NCBI GenBank assembly: GCA_049578085.1
Contig: JBAULH010000068.1
Span: 1 to 54,102, forward strand
Direction: 5' to 3'
DNA from: Candidatus Deferrimicrobiaceae bacterium
GTDB lineage: Bacteria; Desulfobacterota; Deferrimicrobia; Deferrimicrobiales; Deferrimicrobiaceae
Length of the DNA stretch: 54,102 bases
Position numbers and translations under genes: made by a program. Position 1 is the first letter of the stretch. Each line of letters opens with the position of its first letter. Below the pieces are notes generated by a model. That model was not told the DNA's origin, did no database searches, and was given only the letters and a program-made list of their open reading frames with translations. Positions 18,876 to 27,690 of this stretch are shown one piece after another.

Positions 18876-19082
18876 TTACCCGATTTCGTCATCGGGAAAA
18901 TCGAACATCGGGTGCTGCTTGATCCACTCCGCCACGACCACCTGCAGTTCGGAGTGAGGTCGGGTTTCGGACTTGACATCCAGCATGGCGTTGCGGATCT
19001 CCATCAGCAGGTGGGTGTTGAACCCGCCGATCTCCTCCCAGCTGGAAGCGTCGTCCCTTCCGTTATCGTAGAAGTGGGCCAT
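18876..19082 (-). CDS. Small acidic hypothetical protein (68 aa)
   Basis: The ATG is preceded by AGGAGG at about 8 nt. GC3-rich codons. It lies co-directionally downstream of the polyferredoxin gene. No family recognised. Confidence 0.6.
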   Translation of the reverse strand: MAHFYDNGRDDASSWEEIGGFNTHLLMEIRNAMLDVKSETRPHSELQVVVAEWIKQHPMFDFPDDEIG

Positions 19083-19163
19083 GTCATCCCCTCCTACCAG
19101 TTAGAACGGCAGATCCGCCCAAAAGATTCAATGGAAAATTCCCCCCCCCGATTTTCGATGAAT

Positions 19164-20771
19164 CTACCGGGGCTTAGGGGGAGTTGTCAAAGAAAAAGTC
19201 GCGGCATACGGCACGCCGGGAAGACGGAGCCGGTTTTCCGGATTCCGCGTCTCGCCGATCGAGGTCACACGGATTCCCGCCAGGTCGACCACCGGGCACT
19301 TGTATTCGCAGATGCCGCAGCCGATGCACAGGTCGATGACAACGACCGGAATCTTGACGGGTTTGCCTCCCTTCCCCGGCCGCTCTTCGAAAACGATCGC
19401 CTTCTTGGGTGTCGGGCAATGCTCTTCGCAGACGATGCAGGGGGTCCCCTGTGCGAAGGGGATGCACCGGGAGGGGTCGATGAATGCCAGGCCGATGACG
19501 ACCTTCTGCTTTGCCGGCAGCGCAAGCGTTTCGATCGCCGAAGTGGGGCAGACCTGCCCGCACAGCGTGCAGTTGTACTCGCAGTAGCCGATACGGGAAA
19601 CGAGCTTGGGCGTCCAGATCCCCTCTACCCCTGCGGCAAGCAGCGTGGGCTGCAGTCCCCCGGTGATGCACACCTTCATGCATTCCCCGCACCGGATGCA
19701 GCGGGAGAGGAAATCGGGCTCCGGGCGCGCGCCCGGGGGGCGCACGAGCAGGGGGTCGGGCCTTGCCTGCGCGGGGGAGGTCTTCATCACCCACGTGGCG
19801 GCCGAACCGGCAAACAGGGCGGAGAGCGCCGCCCTGCGACCCACGTCGAGCCTGTCCTTCGTCTCCCGGGCCGGCGTGAACTTCCATTCGAGGGCTCCTT
19901 CCGGGCACTCCGCGCTGCAGTTGAAGCAGGTTACGCATTCCGAGGGGGACCAATGCTCTTTCGTGTGGGGGTTTGCCCCGCCCGCGCAGACGTCACGGCA
20001 TTGCATGCAGTGGTTGCATTTACTGTTCATGGTGAGCCGGAGCAGCCCGGCGCGGGACAAGATCCCCAGTAGCCCACCGAGCGGACAGACAAACCGGCAG
20101 AAGAAACGGGTCCGGTACCGGTTAAGGGCCAAAATGAGGAAGAAGAGGGTGAAGAAGAACAGCGCCTGCTCGTACCGCGCCGGGAAGAACGAGAGGAAGT
20201 GGACCCGTAAAAACGTGTACGCGCCGTCGAACAGGTCGGAGACCGGCCGCCACGGGAGACGGTATCCCCAGTCGAGAAACAGGCGGAGAACGTGGTGGAT
20301 CCCCGGCATTACCGAAAGGGAGAGCGATCGGATGAGAAGGGAGATCGGATCCAGCAGTCCCGCCGCCTGGATCCCGAAGAGTGCCGTCCCGGCGAAGAAC
20401 AGGAGAGTCGCGAACTTCCACCGGCTCCCCCGTGTCTTTTTCCCCCGTTCTTCTGCGTACTTCCTGTCATAGAAACTCACTGCGTGGTGAAGCGTTCCGA
20501 GAGGACAGACCCAGCCGCAGAAGGCCCTGCCGAACAGGAGAGTCACCGGGACGAACAGCAGTGCCAGGAAGAGGGTAGCCGGGAGTTTGTGCGCCGAGAG
20601 GAGCGACGTCAGAAAGACGAGAAGGTCGGCATCGAGGAAGATCTTCACGGGGTAGGCGAGCTCGTTCCTCCCGCCGTAGTCCGTCTTGATGAGAAGGACG
20701 AAAAAGAGAAGGAGAAACGCGCCCTGGGAAAGGCGCCTTGTCTGCTGCTTGGTGTCGGCGAAGGTCCGCAT
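19164..20771 (-). CDS. Fused NapH/MauN-type membrane polyferredoxin plus NapG-type 4x[4Fe-4S] ferredoxin module
   Basis: The real start is MRTFADTK at 20771; the longer track ORF to 21569 overlaps queC out of frame. The membrane part carries CGWVCPLG and CRFVCPLGG. Six CxxCxxCxxxCP-type motifs follow (CNHCMQCRDVC, CVTCFNCSAECP, CIRCGECMKVC, CTLCGQVCP, CIVCEEHCP, CIGCGICEYKCP). A Tat-like segment GRRAALSALFAGSAA lies in the middle. Confidence 0.8.
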   Translation of the reverse strand: MRTFADTKQQTRRLSQGAFLLLFFVLLIKTDYGGRNELAYPVKIFLDADLLVFLTSLLSAHKLPATLFLALLFVPVTLLFGRAFCGWVCPLGTLHHAVSFYDRKYAEERGKKTRGSRWKFATLLFFAGTALFGIQAAGLLDPISLLIRSLSLSVMPGIHHVLRLFLDWGYRLPWRPVSDLFDGAYTFLRVHFLSFFPARYEQALFFFTLFFLILALNRYRTRFFCRFVCPLGGLLGILSRAGLLRLTMNSKCNHCMQCRDVCAGGANPHTKEHWSPSECVTCFNCSAECPEGALEWKFTPARETKDRLDVGRRAALSALFAGSAATWVMKTSPAQARPDPLLVRPPGARPEPDFLSRCIRCGECMKVCITGGLQPTLLAAGVEGIWTPKLVSRIGYCEYNCTLCGQVCPTSAIETLALPAKQKVVIGLAFIDPSRCIPFAQGTPCIVCEEHCPTPKKAIVFEERPGKGGKPVKIPVVVIDLCIGCGICEYKCPVVDLAGIRVTSIGETRNPENRLRLPGVPYAATFSLTTPPKPR

Positions 20772-20788
20772 GGTGTATCCGGGGGCCT

Positions 20789-21481
20789 TTAGCCGGTCGG
20801 ACGGCCCTCGTAGGCAAGGGGGTCCGGTACGCCGGCCTCGTCGAAGGCCTTCTGCCGGAGGGCGCACGAGTCGCACCGCCCGCACGCCTTTTCGCCGTCC
20901 CGGTAGCACGACCACGTATGCTCGAAGGGGACGCCGAGCGACTTCCCGATCAGAACGATGTCTTTCTTCTTCAGGTTGACGAACGGGGCCTTTACGCGAA
21001 TCCGGCTTTCGTCTTTCGTCCCCATGCGGATCGCCTCGTTCATCGCCTCGTAAAACGCGGGCCGGCAGTCGGGATAGCCGGACGAGTCGGCCCACACGGC
21101 GCCGATGTAGACGTTCGTCGCGCCGACCGCCTCGGCCCAGGACACCGCGATGCAGAGGAAGTGGGCGTTGCGAAAGGGGACGTAGGTGACGGGGATACCT
21201 TGCCGGTCCGGGTCCGCCGGAGGCACGTCGATGGACGGGTCGGTCAGGGCGGAGGTTCCGATCGATCGGAGATACCCGATGTCGACCACCATCCGCTCCC
21301 TTACCTTCAGGTGGTCGGCGATCGCATGGAAGCAGACGAGCTCCTTTTCCTCCGTGCGCTGCCCGTAATTTACGTGCAGGAGAGAGATGTCCGATTCCCG
21401 GGTGGCGAAGGCGGCCAGCACGAGGCTGTCCATCCCTCCGCTCACGAGGACGACCCCTTTCGGCTTCGCAGGGAGCGTCAC
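20789..21481 (-). CDS. queC: 7-cyano-7-deazaguanine synthase
   Basis: PP-loop VVLVSGGMDS, YVPFRNAHF, and zinc Cys cluster CYRDGEKACGRCDSC. I prefer the GTG at 21481 (GTGA overlap with the queE stop) over the TTG at 21505 used by the ORF track. Confidence 0.9.
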   Translation of the reverse strand: MTLPAKPKGVVLVSGGMDSLVLAAFATRESDISLLHVNYGQRTEEKELVCFHAIADHLKVRERMVVDIGYLRSIGTSALTDPSIDVPPADPDRQGIPVTYVPFRNAHFLCIAVSWAEAVGATNVYIGAVWADSSGYPDCRPAFYEAMNEAIRMGTKDESRIRVKAPFVNLKKKDIVLIGKSLGVPFEHTWSCYRDGEKACGRCDSCALRQKAFDEAGVPDPLAYEGRPTG

Positions 21482-22116
21482 ACGCTTCTCCGGTCCGGTC
21501 CCCAAACGAGCTTGTGAAGCTGCAGCTGGAACCTTGCGTCGATGGCGTCCCCTGCCATCCAGCCGGCAAGCCTTTCGGGGGGCAGAAGGCCGAAGGCCGG
21601 GGACAACAGGACCTTGAACGGTTGCTCCTTTCGGTACTTCCGGATCACCTCCCGGGCGAACCGGTAGTCCTCCTCGGAGGAGACGACGAACTTGACCTCG
21701 TCACGGGCGTTCAGGTGGGCGAAATTCCCCCAGTCCGTCTTTCCGGCCTCTCCGGAGCCGGGGCACTTGACGTCCATGATCTTGACCACCCGGGGGTCCA
21801 GGCGGGAAAGAGGCACGGTCCCGTTCGTTTCCACGAGGACCGTGTGGCCGAGGGAAAGGAGCGCCGTCACGAGAACGGGGGTCTCCTCCTGCAGCAGCGG
21901 CTCGCCGCCGGTCACCGTCACCCGCGGGATACCGAAGGCGGCTACCCGCGAGACGACCTCGCCGAGGGGGAATTCCTCCCCGTCGTCGTACGCGTACGTC
22001 GTATCGCAATAGAGGCAACGGAGGTTGCAGCCGGTCAGGCGGACGAAAGCGAAAGGGAACCCGACGTACGAGGTTTCCCCCTGTATGCTGGCGAAGATCT
22101 CGGACACGCGAAGCAT
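21478..22116 (-). CDS. queE: 7-carboxy-7-deazaguanine synthase (radical SAM)
   Basis: EIFASIQGETSYVGFPFAFVRLTGCNLRCLYCDT and VTGGEPLLQ. Confidence 0.9.
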   Translation of the reverse strand: MLRVSEIFASIQGETSYVGFPFAFVRLTGCNLRCLYCDTTYAYDDGEEFPLGEVVSRVAAFGIPRVTVTGGEPLLQEETPVLVTALLSLGHTVLVETNGTVPLSRLDPRVVKIMDVKCPGSGEAGKTDWGNFAHLNARDEVKFVVSSEEDYRFAREVIRKYRKEQPFKVLLSPAFGLLPPERLAGWMAGDAIDARFQLQLHKLVWGPDRRSV

Positions 22117-22173
22117 CGTCCCATGGTACCACGGTGCCTCTGCGCCCTCCGGGCCTGTTTTCCGGAGGCGTGT

Positions 22174-23094
22174 CTACTTCAGGACGTCGAGCCAGTGCGC
22201 GAAGAGGGCATTCTTCCCGTGCACGATGTCGAAGAACGCCTCCTGGATCTGTTTCGTGACCGGACCCGGCTTGCCCGTGCCCACCCGGCGGTCGTCCACC
22301 TCCCGCACCGGCGTGATCTCGGCGGCGGTCCCGGTGAAAAACATCTCGTCGGCGATGTACATCTCGTCGCGCGTGAACCGGCACTCCTTGACCTGAATGT
22401 CGAGTTTGCGGGCGATGTTCAGGACCGAATCCCGGGTGATCCCCGGGAGAATCGAGGTCAGCGTCGAGGTCTGCAGGATCCCGTTCCGGACGATGAAGAT
22501 GTTCTCCCCCGAAGCTTCTGCGACGTACCCCTCCGTGTCCAGCAGCACCGCCTCGTCGTACCCCGCCTTTTTTGCCTCCCACTTCGCCAAAACGGAATTG
22601 ACGTAGTACCCGGTGATCTTTCCCTTCGTCATGGCAGAGTTCACGTGGTGGCGGCAGAAGGAGGATACCTTCGCCCGGATCCCCTTCCGGATCCCTTCTT
22701 CCCCAAGGTAGGCTCCCCACGACCAGGCGGCCACCGCCACGCGGATCGGGTTGGTCTTCACGAAAAGCCCCATCTCCCCGTCCCCGATGAAGACGATCGG
22801 GCGGATGTACCCCTCGGTGAGACCGTTGATGGTAAGCGTTTTCCGGATGGCCTGGCAGATCTTGTCGCGGGAGAAGGGGATCTTCAGGAGGACGATATGC
22901 GCCGAGGCGAATAGGCGGTCCACGTGCTCCCTGAGCCGGAAGATAGCGGAGCCGCCGTCCTCGGTCTGATAGCAGCGGATTCCCTCGAACACCCCGACGC
23001 CGTAATGGAGCGTGTGGGAAAGGACGTGGACCTGCGCCGCGTCCCAGTCGACGAATTTCCCGTCCAGCCAGATCTTCTTTGTCTTGGGGACCAC
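22174..23094 (-). CDS. ilvE: Branched-chain amino acid aminotransferase (fold type IV)
   Basis: [52 protein letters not shown] and LPGITRDSV. Confidence 0.9.
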   Translation of the reverse strand: MVPKTKKIWLDGKFVDWDAAQVHVLSHTLHYGVGVFEGIRCYQTEDGGSAIFRLREHVDRLFASAHIVLLKIPFSRDKICQAIRKTLTINGLTEGYIRPIVFIGDGEMGLFVKTNPIRVAVAAWSWGAYLGEEGIRKGIRAKVSSFCRHHVNSAMTKGKITGYYVNSVLAKWEAKKAGYDEAVLLDTEGYVAEASGENIFIVRNGILQTSTLTSILPGITRDSVLNIARKLDIQVKECRFTRDEMYIADEMFFTGTAAEITPVREVDDRRVGTGKPGPVTKQIQEAFFDIVHGKNALFAHWLDVLK

Positions 23095-23220
23095 GGGCGC
23101 CCTCCCGCCGGAATTGATGTGCTATTCTTGCAAAGGTATGGAAAGACTGTCAATCCGGAGAACACGCTCCCAGCGGGGGAACGGGGATCGAACCGTTGAC
23201 GGAGGTGGTGGAATATCTTT

Positions 23221-24198
23221 ATGACGCACGGGCTCAGGAAGGAAGAGTTGGACCGGAAGCGGATCCGAACGGCCCGATTTTCCGTGGGGAGCGCGGCTGC
23301 ACTTGCCGTGACCAAGCTTTTCGTCGGGATCGCAAGCGGCTCCCTGGGCGTTCTCTCCTCCGCGTTCGACAACCTCGCGGACATCCTCATGTCGGGGGTG
23401 AACTATTTTTCCATCAGGAAGTCGATGGAGCCCGCCGACTCCTCCCATCCATACGGGCACGGAAAGGCGGAAACGCTCGGAACGGTCTTCATGTCGGTGG
23501 TCGTCGCCCTGACCGGTGTATGGATCGTCCGGGAGGGAATCCACCGGCTGCGCGCCGGTATCGTACCCCGTTCTGTGGATGTGGGGCTGGTTGTCATGGC
23601 CCTGTCCGTCGCCGCCTCCTGGTACATCGCCGAGCGGATCCGGAAGGCAGGGGAGGAGACCGGATCGAACGCCCTGAAGGCGGACTCCCTGCACTACCGC
23701 ACCGACGTCTATTCGAGCGGGGGGATCCTCGTCTCCCTCCTCGTGTACCGCGTGACCGGCTGGAAATGGCTGGACCCCGGGGTGGCCATGGTCGTGGGCG
23801 GCTACATCATTTTTGCGGCTTTTCCCATTTTCCGGGAGGCGCTGGGCGATCTGATGGATCGCAGTCTTCCGCCCGAGACGGTGGAGAAGATCCGGAACAT
23901 CATCGAAAGCCATAAGCCGCTCGTCGTCGACTATCACAAATTGCGAACGCGCCGGTCCGGCTCGGAGAAACACGTGGACTTCCACGTCGTCATCTGCCGC
24001 CTGTCCCTCCTTCAGGACGCCCACCGGGTGGCGGACCACCTCGAGATGGAGGTGTCTCAGGCGCTGGGAAATGCCCACGTGGTGACCCACATCGACCCAT
24101 GCGACATCGAATGTCCCGGAAAAGAAGAATGCGAGCGTATCCTTACCGAAATCCGGAAACTCGAGGTTCCCGGGGAAAAGAGGGTTACCCCTTCGTAA
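23221..24198 (+). CDS. Cation diffusion facilitator (CDF) family metal efflux transporter
   Basis: Six hydrophobic segments, AFDNLADILMSG, HPYGHGKAETLG, ADSLHYRTDVYSS, and a C-terminal cytoplasmic domain (HKLRTRRSGSEKHVDFHVV). Confidence 0.85.
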   Translation: MTHGLRKEELDRKRIRTARFSVGSAAALAVTKLFVGIASGSLGVLSSAFDNLADILMSGVNYFSIRKSMEPADSSHPYGHGKAETLGTVFMSVVVALTGVWIVREGIHRLRAGIVPRSVDVGLVVMALSVAASWYIAERIRKAGEETGSNALKADSLHYRTDVYSSGGILVSLLVYRVTGWKWLDPGVAMVVGGYIIFAAFPIFREALGDLMDRSLPPETVEKIRNIIESHKPLVVDYHKLRTRRSGSEKHVDFHVVICRLSLLQDAHRVADHLEMEVSQALGNAHVVTHIDPCDIECPGKEECERILTEIRKLEVPGEKRVTPS

Positions 24199-24242
24199 CC
24201 GTATTCCCCAACACTATCCATTCTGTTATAATCCGCCTTGCC

Positions 24243-24518
24243 GTGAGGCTTACCCTTATCATTCTGATCGTTCTGCTGGGGGGCGTGGCGATGTTCGCGA
24301 TCCAGAACCCTGGAATCGTCACCGTCCGGTTTCTCAACTATTTCGCAGACACTTCCATCCTGATCGTGATCGTCGTCTCCTTCGGGGTCGGGGTCCTCGT
24401 CGGGCTCCTCCCCGGAATCCCGACCTCTTTCCGGCGCAAGCGCCGGATCCGGGAACTGGAAGCCGATCTGGCGGCACACCGGAAGTCGCAACCCCCTTCC
24501 CCGCCTGTCACGCCTTGA
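24243..24518 (+). CDS. LapA-domain (DUF1049) small inner-membrane protein
   Basis: GTG 24243 within track ORF 24099..24518. Two TM segments and a basic coiled tail (FRRKRRIRELEADLAAHRK), typical of the LapA/YciS family. Confidence 0.6.
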   Translation: MRLTLIILIVLLGGVAMFAIQNPGIVTVRFLNYFADTSILIVIVVSFGVGVLVGLLPGIPTSFRRKRRIRELEADLAAHRKSQPPSPPVTP

Positions 24519-24778
24519 CCGATCAGAATCTGTCCCAGCCGGAATCGAAGCTCCTCGCCTGTCTTCTCCTTTTCTACCGAGAGGTCGGACCGGCAGCCAC
24601 GCCGGGGCTCAGAGGCCTGGATGACGAGGCGGGCCTTACGGCGCACGAGCTCGACGAGGCCGTCCGGCGCTTGCGCACCAAGGGGCTTATCGAATACTGG
24701 GAGCTTTCGCCCGCCGTCCGTCTGACCCGGGAGGGGCTCCTCCTCGCACAGCGCATCCACGGAAACGAAGGCTGCTGA
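24515..24778 (+). CDS. Small hypothetical protein, possibly winged-helix
   Basis: The TTG start overlaps the previous stop. GC3-rich codons. LTAHELDEAVRRLRTKGLIEYWE...VRLTREG resembles a wHTH recognition helix plus wing. Confidence 0.45.
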   Translation: MTDQNLSQPESKLLACLLLFYREVGPAATPGLRGLDDEAGLTAHELDEAVRRLRTKGLIEYWELSPAVRLTREGLLLAQRIHGNEGC

Positions 24779-24783
24779 CGTTC

Positions 24784-25548
24784 GTGGCAGAGGCATACCG
24801 GAAGGCGAAGCCCCATCGAGGCAGCGGACCCCCGGGCCGGGGCGCGGCGGCAGGCAAGGTTGCAGGTCCCATTCTTGCCGACGTCTCCCGCCGTCTCTGC
24901 GCAAGATTCGGCCGGCCGAACCGGTGCGGACACGAGGGGGATCCGGTCCGGAACCTGATCCTCACGATCCTTTCCCAGAATACCACCGACGCGAACCGCG
25001 ACCGTGCCTTCGCCTCCCTGATGCGGCGATTTCCCCGGATATCCCTTCTGGCGTCGGCACGTCCGGCGGCGGTGGAGGAGGCGATCCGGGTCGGAGGGCT
25101 GGCGAAGGCGAAAACGAAAACGATCCTTTCGGCGCTCTCCCGGCTGAAGCGCGAGCGCGGCCAGTACACCCTCGATTTCCTGCAAGGCGATCCGCTTCCC
25201 GAGGCGCGCGCGTATCTTACTTCCCTGCCCGGCGTCGGGATGAAGACCGCGAATGTCCTTCTCCTGTTCTCCTTCGGGAAAGAGGCGTTTCCCGTCGACA
25301 CGCATATTCTCCGGGTGGCAAAGAGGCTCCGGCTGGTTCCGGCCGCGGCCGACCTCTCCCGGGCTGCGCTTATCCTCGAGCCGCACGTCCCGGCAGGGGA
25401 GCACGTGCCGCTCCATCTCAACATGATCCGGCTCGGGAGGGAGATCTGCCGCCCGCGAAACCCCCTCCACGCGGAGTGTCCGCTTCTGCCCGTCTGCCCG
25501 GAAGGGATGCGGGACAAGGAGATACGAAGTGTTTTGCTTCACAAGTAA
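24784..25548 (+). CDS. Endonuclease III-like HhH-GPD DNA glycosylase/lyase
   Basis: ILSQNTTD, HhH LPGVGMKTANV (catalytic Lys), VDTH (Asp), and a C-terminal Fe-S loop CRPRNPLHAECPLLPVC. The start codon is uncertain; GTG 24784 is taken from the track. Confidence 0.8.
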   Translation: MAEAYRKAKPHRGSGPPGRGAAAGKVAGPILADVSRRLCARFGRPNRCGHEGDPVRNLILTILSQNTTDANRDRAFASLMRRFPRISLLASARPAAVEEAIRVGGLAKAKTKTILSALSRLKRERGQYTLDFLQGDPLPEARAYLTSLPGVGMKTANVLLLFSFGKEAFPVDTHILRVAKRLRLVPAAADLSRAALILEPHVPAGEHVPLHLNMIRLGREICRPRNPLHAECPLLPVCPEGMRDKEIRSVLLHK

Positions 25549-25573
25549 ATACAGCATCGTATCCGTGCGTAAC

Positions 25574-25718
25574 TCCCGGGGCCAAGGGGCTCAGCGGGGG
25601 GTTCCTCGAAGCGGCCTGTGGAGCGAGGTCCCGGATTTCGCGAGCGGAACCGGCAGCGAGCGGGCGAAGGTCGCGAGCGTAGCGGAGAGGAAGCCCCCCG
25701 CGAGTACCTGGCACCGGG
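25574..25718. repeat. Copy B of the ~145-nt structured intergenic repeat family
   Basis: 25611-25704 aligns almost base for base with 31049-31142 (gcggcctgtggagcgagg...cgagcggaaccggcagcgagcgggcg.aaggtcgcgagcgtagc...cccccgcgag). Internal closing stem: gcggggggttcctc / gaggaagccccccgc. Terminal inverted segments: ccggggccaagg / cctggcaccgg. Confidence 0.75.
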
Positions 25719-25776
25719 TGCCATATGCGGATGCGTTACCGTATTTACGGAATGGACCACCAAGGCCGAAAGCTAG

Positions 25777-26499
25777 ATGACGATTCTGAATGCCGTGCAG
25801 CTGTTTCTCCTGGGGGTCCTGACCCTCGTGATGGGCGTGCCGGCGATCCTGCTGGCCCTGCTGCTGCCGGGAAAAGCACGGAAGGGGAAGCTCTTCCTGG
25901 CAGTATCGAAGACCTACTCCCGGATCGCCTTGTGGTTCTTCCGGATCAAGGTGGAGGGGCGCGGGAGGGAAAACATAGATGCCGGAAAGGCGTACGTCTT
26001 CATGTCCAACCACGTAAGCCACGCCGACTCGCCGGCCCTTGCCCTCGTCATTGCCCATCCGCTCCACTGGGTGTTCAAGAAGGAACTGGCGAAGATACCC
26101 GTCTTCGGGTGGGTGCTTCTCGCCTGCGGGCAGGTGATGGTCGACCGGTTTTCTCCCGAGAGGTCGAAGACTTCTCTGGAGGAAGCGATATCCGGGCTGT
26201 CCGGGAACAACTCGGTGATGATCTACCCGGAAGGAACGCGCAGCCGGGACGGGAACCTGCAGCCGTTCAAGAAGGGGGGGTTCTGGATGGCCCTGCAGGT
26301 GGGGCTGCCGATCGTCCCGGTACGGGTATCGGGGAGCCGCGAGGTCGTGGCTGCCGATACGCTAAAAATCCGTCCCGGGACCATTACGGTGGAGATCTTC
26401 CCCCCGATCGAGACCCGCGGGAAGACCACCGCCGACATCCCGGACCTTATGGCCCGGGTCCGGGATGCGATGCTCTCCGGAACGACGGGTCCTGCGTAA
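25777..26499 (+). CDS. plsC: 1-acyl-sn-glycerol-3-phosphate acyltransferase
   Basis: N-terminal TM segment, HX4D motif (NHVSHAD), and YPEGTRSRDG. Confidence 0.85.
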   Translation: MTILNAVQLFLLGVLTLVMGVPAILLALLLPGKARKGKLFLAVSKTYSRIALWFFRIKVEGRGRENIDAGKAYVFMSNHVSHADSPALALVIAHPLHWVFKKELAKIPVFGWVLLACGQVMVDRFSPERSKTSLEEAISGLSGNNSVMIYPEGTRSRDGNLQPFKKGGFWMALQVGLPIVPVRVSGSREVVAADTLKIRPGTITVEIFPPIETRGKTTADIPDLMARVRDAMLSGTTGPA

Positions 26500-27649
26500 G
26501 GAAGAAGAGGGCGCCCGCCGCCGTGAACGCCGCCGCCGAGGAGAACATGGCGGTATACCCCAGATGCTCGGCCACGAACCCGAAGGCCCCCGCTCCCACC
26601 ACCAATCCCATGTCGAACGCCCCCGTGAACATCGCCATCGCCACCCCGCCCTTCTCCGACCCCGCACGGTCGAGGATGAGCGCGGAAAGCGAGGGAAACA
26701 GGAAGCCGTGCCCCGTGCCGCTGACCACGGCCACGAGGGAAAGGCCCGCGCCTCCCCGGACGAAAGGAATGAAGAGGATCCCCGCTGCGAGGAGAAGAAG
26801 GGAGACGAAGCAGAGGCGCTCGCGCGGCAGCCGGTCGGCGAGCTTCCGTCCCACGGTTCTCGTCGAGACGACGGTCAGGGCGTAAACGACGACGAAGACG
26901 CCGATCGTGGAGATCTTCCGGATCAGCAGGAAAACGGGGAGGAAAGTGAAGATCGACCCGAACGCCGTGCCGAAGAGAAACGCCGCCGAGTTCGGGATGA
27001 AGTACGTCCGGGAAAGAAAGTCGAGAAGCGAGGTCACCGGGAGGTGGGAAGACCGCTTCGGCTCCTCCATCCCCAGGGGGAAGAGTCCTGCGAGGAATGC
27101 GATGACGACGGCGGATAGAAAAAGCCCATGGAACCCCGATCTTCCGATCATCCACTCCCCCAGCCATCCGCCGATCGCCGTAGGGATGAAAAAGGAGAGC
27201 CCGAACACCCCAAGCGCCTCCCCCCGCCGGTCCGGAGGGGCGGCCGCCGCGATGTAGGCGTACGAGGCGGTGGCGAAGAAGGAGTACGCCGCTCCCTGGA
27301 AGATGCGGATGACGAAGAGATGCGCGCCCGCCTCCCGTACGTAGAGCCACGGCACGGTGGAGGCGGAGGCAAGCAGAGCGCCGGAAATCAGGAACGCCGT
27401 GCGCCCCCGGCGGTCAACAAAGAGGCCGTTGACCGGCTTGAGAGCGACGGAGACGAGCGTCCCCGTCGCCATGATCAGCCCGATCTGCCCCTCCCGGATG
27501 GAAAGGGTGTACAGGAACGCCGGGAGGAAGATGAACATGGTCGAGTACAGGGAATACAGGAAATTCGAAGTGTTCAGCAAGAAATAGTTTCGATCGTAGA
27601 GCGAATGCGGCATAAGGGGTACTATACCTTCTGTACGCATCTTTTCCAC
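26447..27649 (-). CDS. MFS transporter
   Basis: About 12 hydrophobic segments and MFS motif A (GLFVDRRGR). The 3' end overlaps plsC convergently by 53 nt. Confidence 0.8.
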   Translation of the reverse strand: MEKMRTEGIVPLMPHSLYDRNYFLLNTSNFLYSLYSTMFIFLPAFLYTLSIREGQIGLIMATGTLVSVALKPVNGLFVDRRGRTAFLISGALLASASTVPWLYVREAGAHLFVIRIFQGAAYSFFATASYAYIAAAAPPDRRGEALGVFGLSFFIPTAIGGWLGEWMIGRSGFHGLFLSAVVIAFLAGLFPLGMEEPKRSSHLPVTSLLDFLSRTYFIPNSAAFLFGTAFGSIFTFLPVFLLIRKISTIGVFVVVYALTVVSTRTVGRKLADRLPRERLCFVSLLLLAAGILFIPFVRGGAGLSLVAVVSGTGHGFLFPSLSALILDRAGSEKGGVAMAMFTGAFDMGLVVGAGAFGFVAEHLGYTAMFSSAAAFTAAGALFFLTQDPSFRRASHPGPGP

Positions 27650-27690
27650 CGGCCGCCTCTCTCTTCCCCCCGGGGACCGTTTCCGGGAGA

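Noticed and set aside
20772-21569. The N-terminal 266 aa of track ORF 19164..21569, which would make an 801-aa polyferredoxin.
   Set aside because: This part is low-complexity and Arg-rich, and it overlaps queC (20789..21481) in another frame. The recognisable protein starts at MRTFADTK (20771).
20789-22116. queC-queE as part of a 7-deazaguanine DNA-modification (Dpd-like) defence island.
   Set aside because: No dpdA/tgt-like, helicase, nuclease or other Dpd-type genes are nearby. The neighbours are ilvE and a polyferredoxin. This is most simply the tRNA queuosine precursor pathway.
22146-22168. A 7-bp stem-loop, cctccgg-N9-ccggagg, between ilvE and queE as an intrinsic terminator.
   Set aside because: There is no U-tract on either strand and the stem is short. 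This is insufficient for a terminator call.
23095-23220. A possible metal-sensing riboswitch (NiCo/czcD-type) in the 126-bp leader of the CDF transporter gene.
   Set aside because: I could not recognise the conserved riboswitch core by eye. The region is also the divergent ilvE promoter. It needs cmscan before any claim.
26447-26499. The 53-nt convergent overlap of the plsC and MFS 3' ends as evidence of a frameshift or pseudogene.
   Set aside because: Both proteins look complete through their conserved regions, and only low-information tails overlap. This is common in compact GC-rich genomes.
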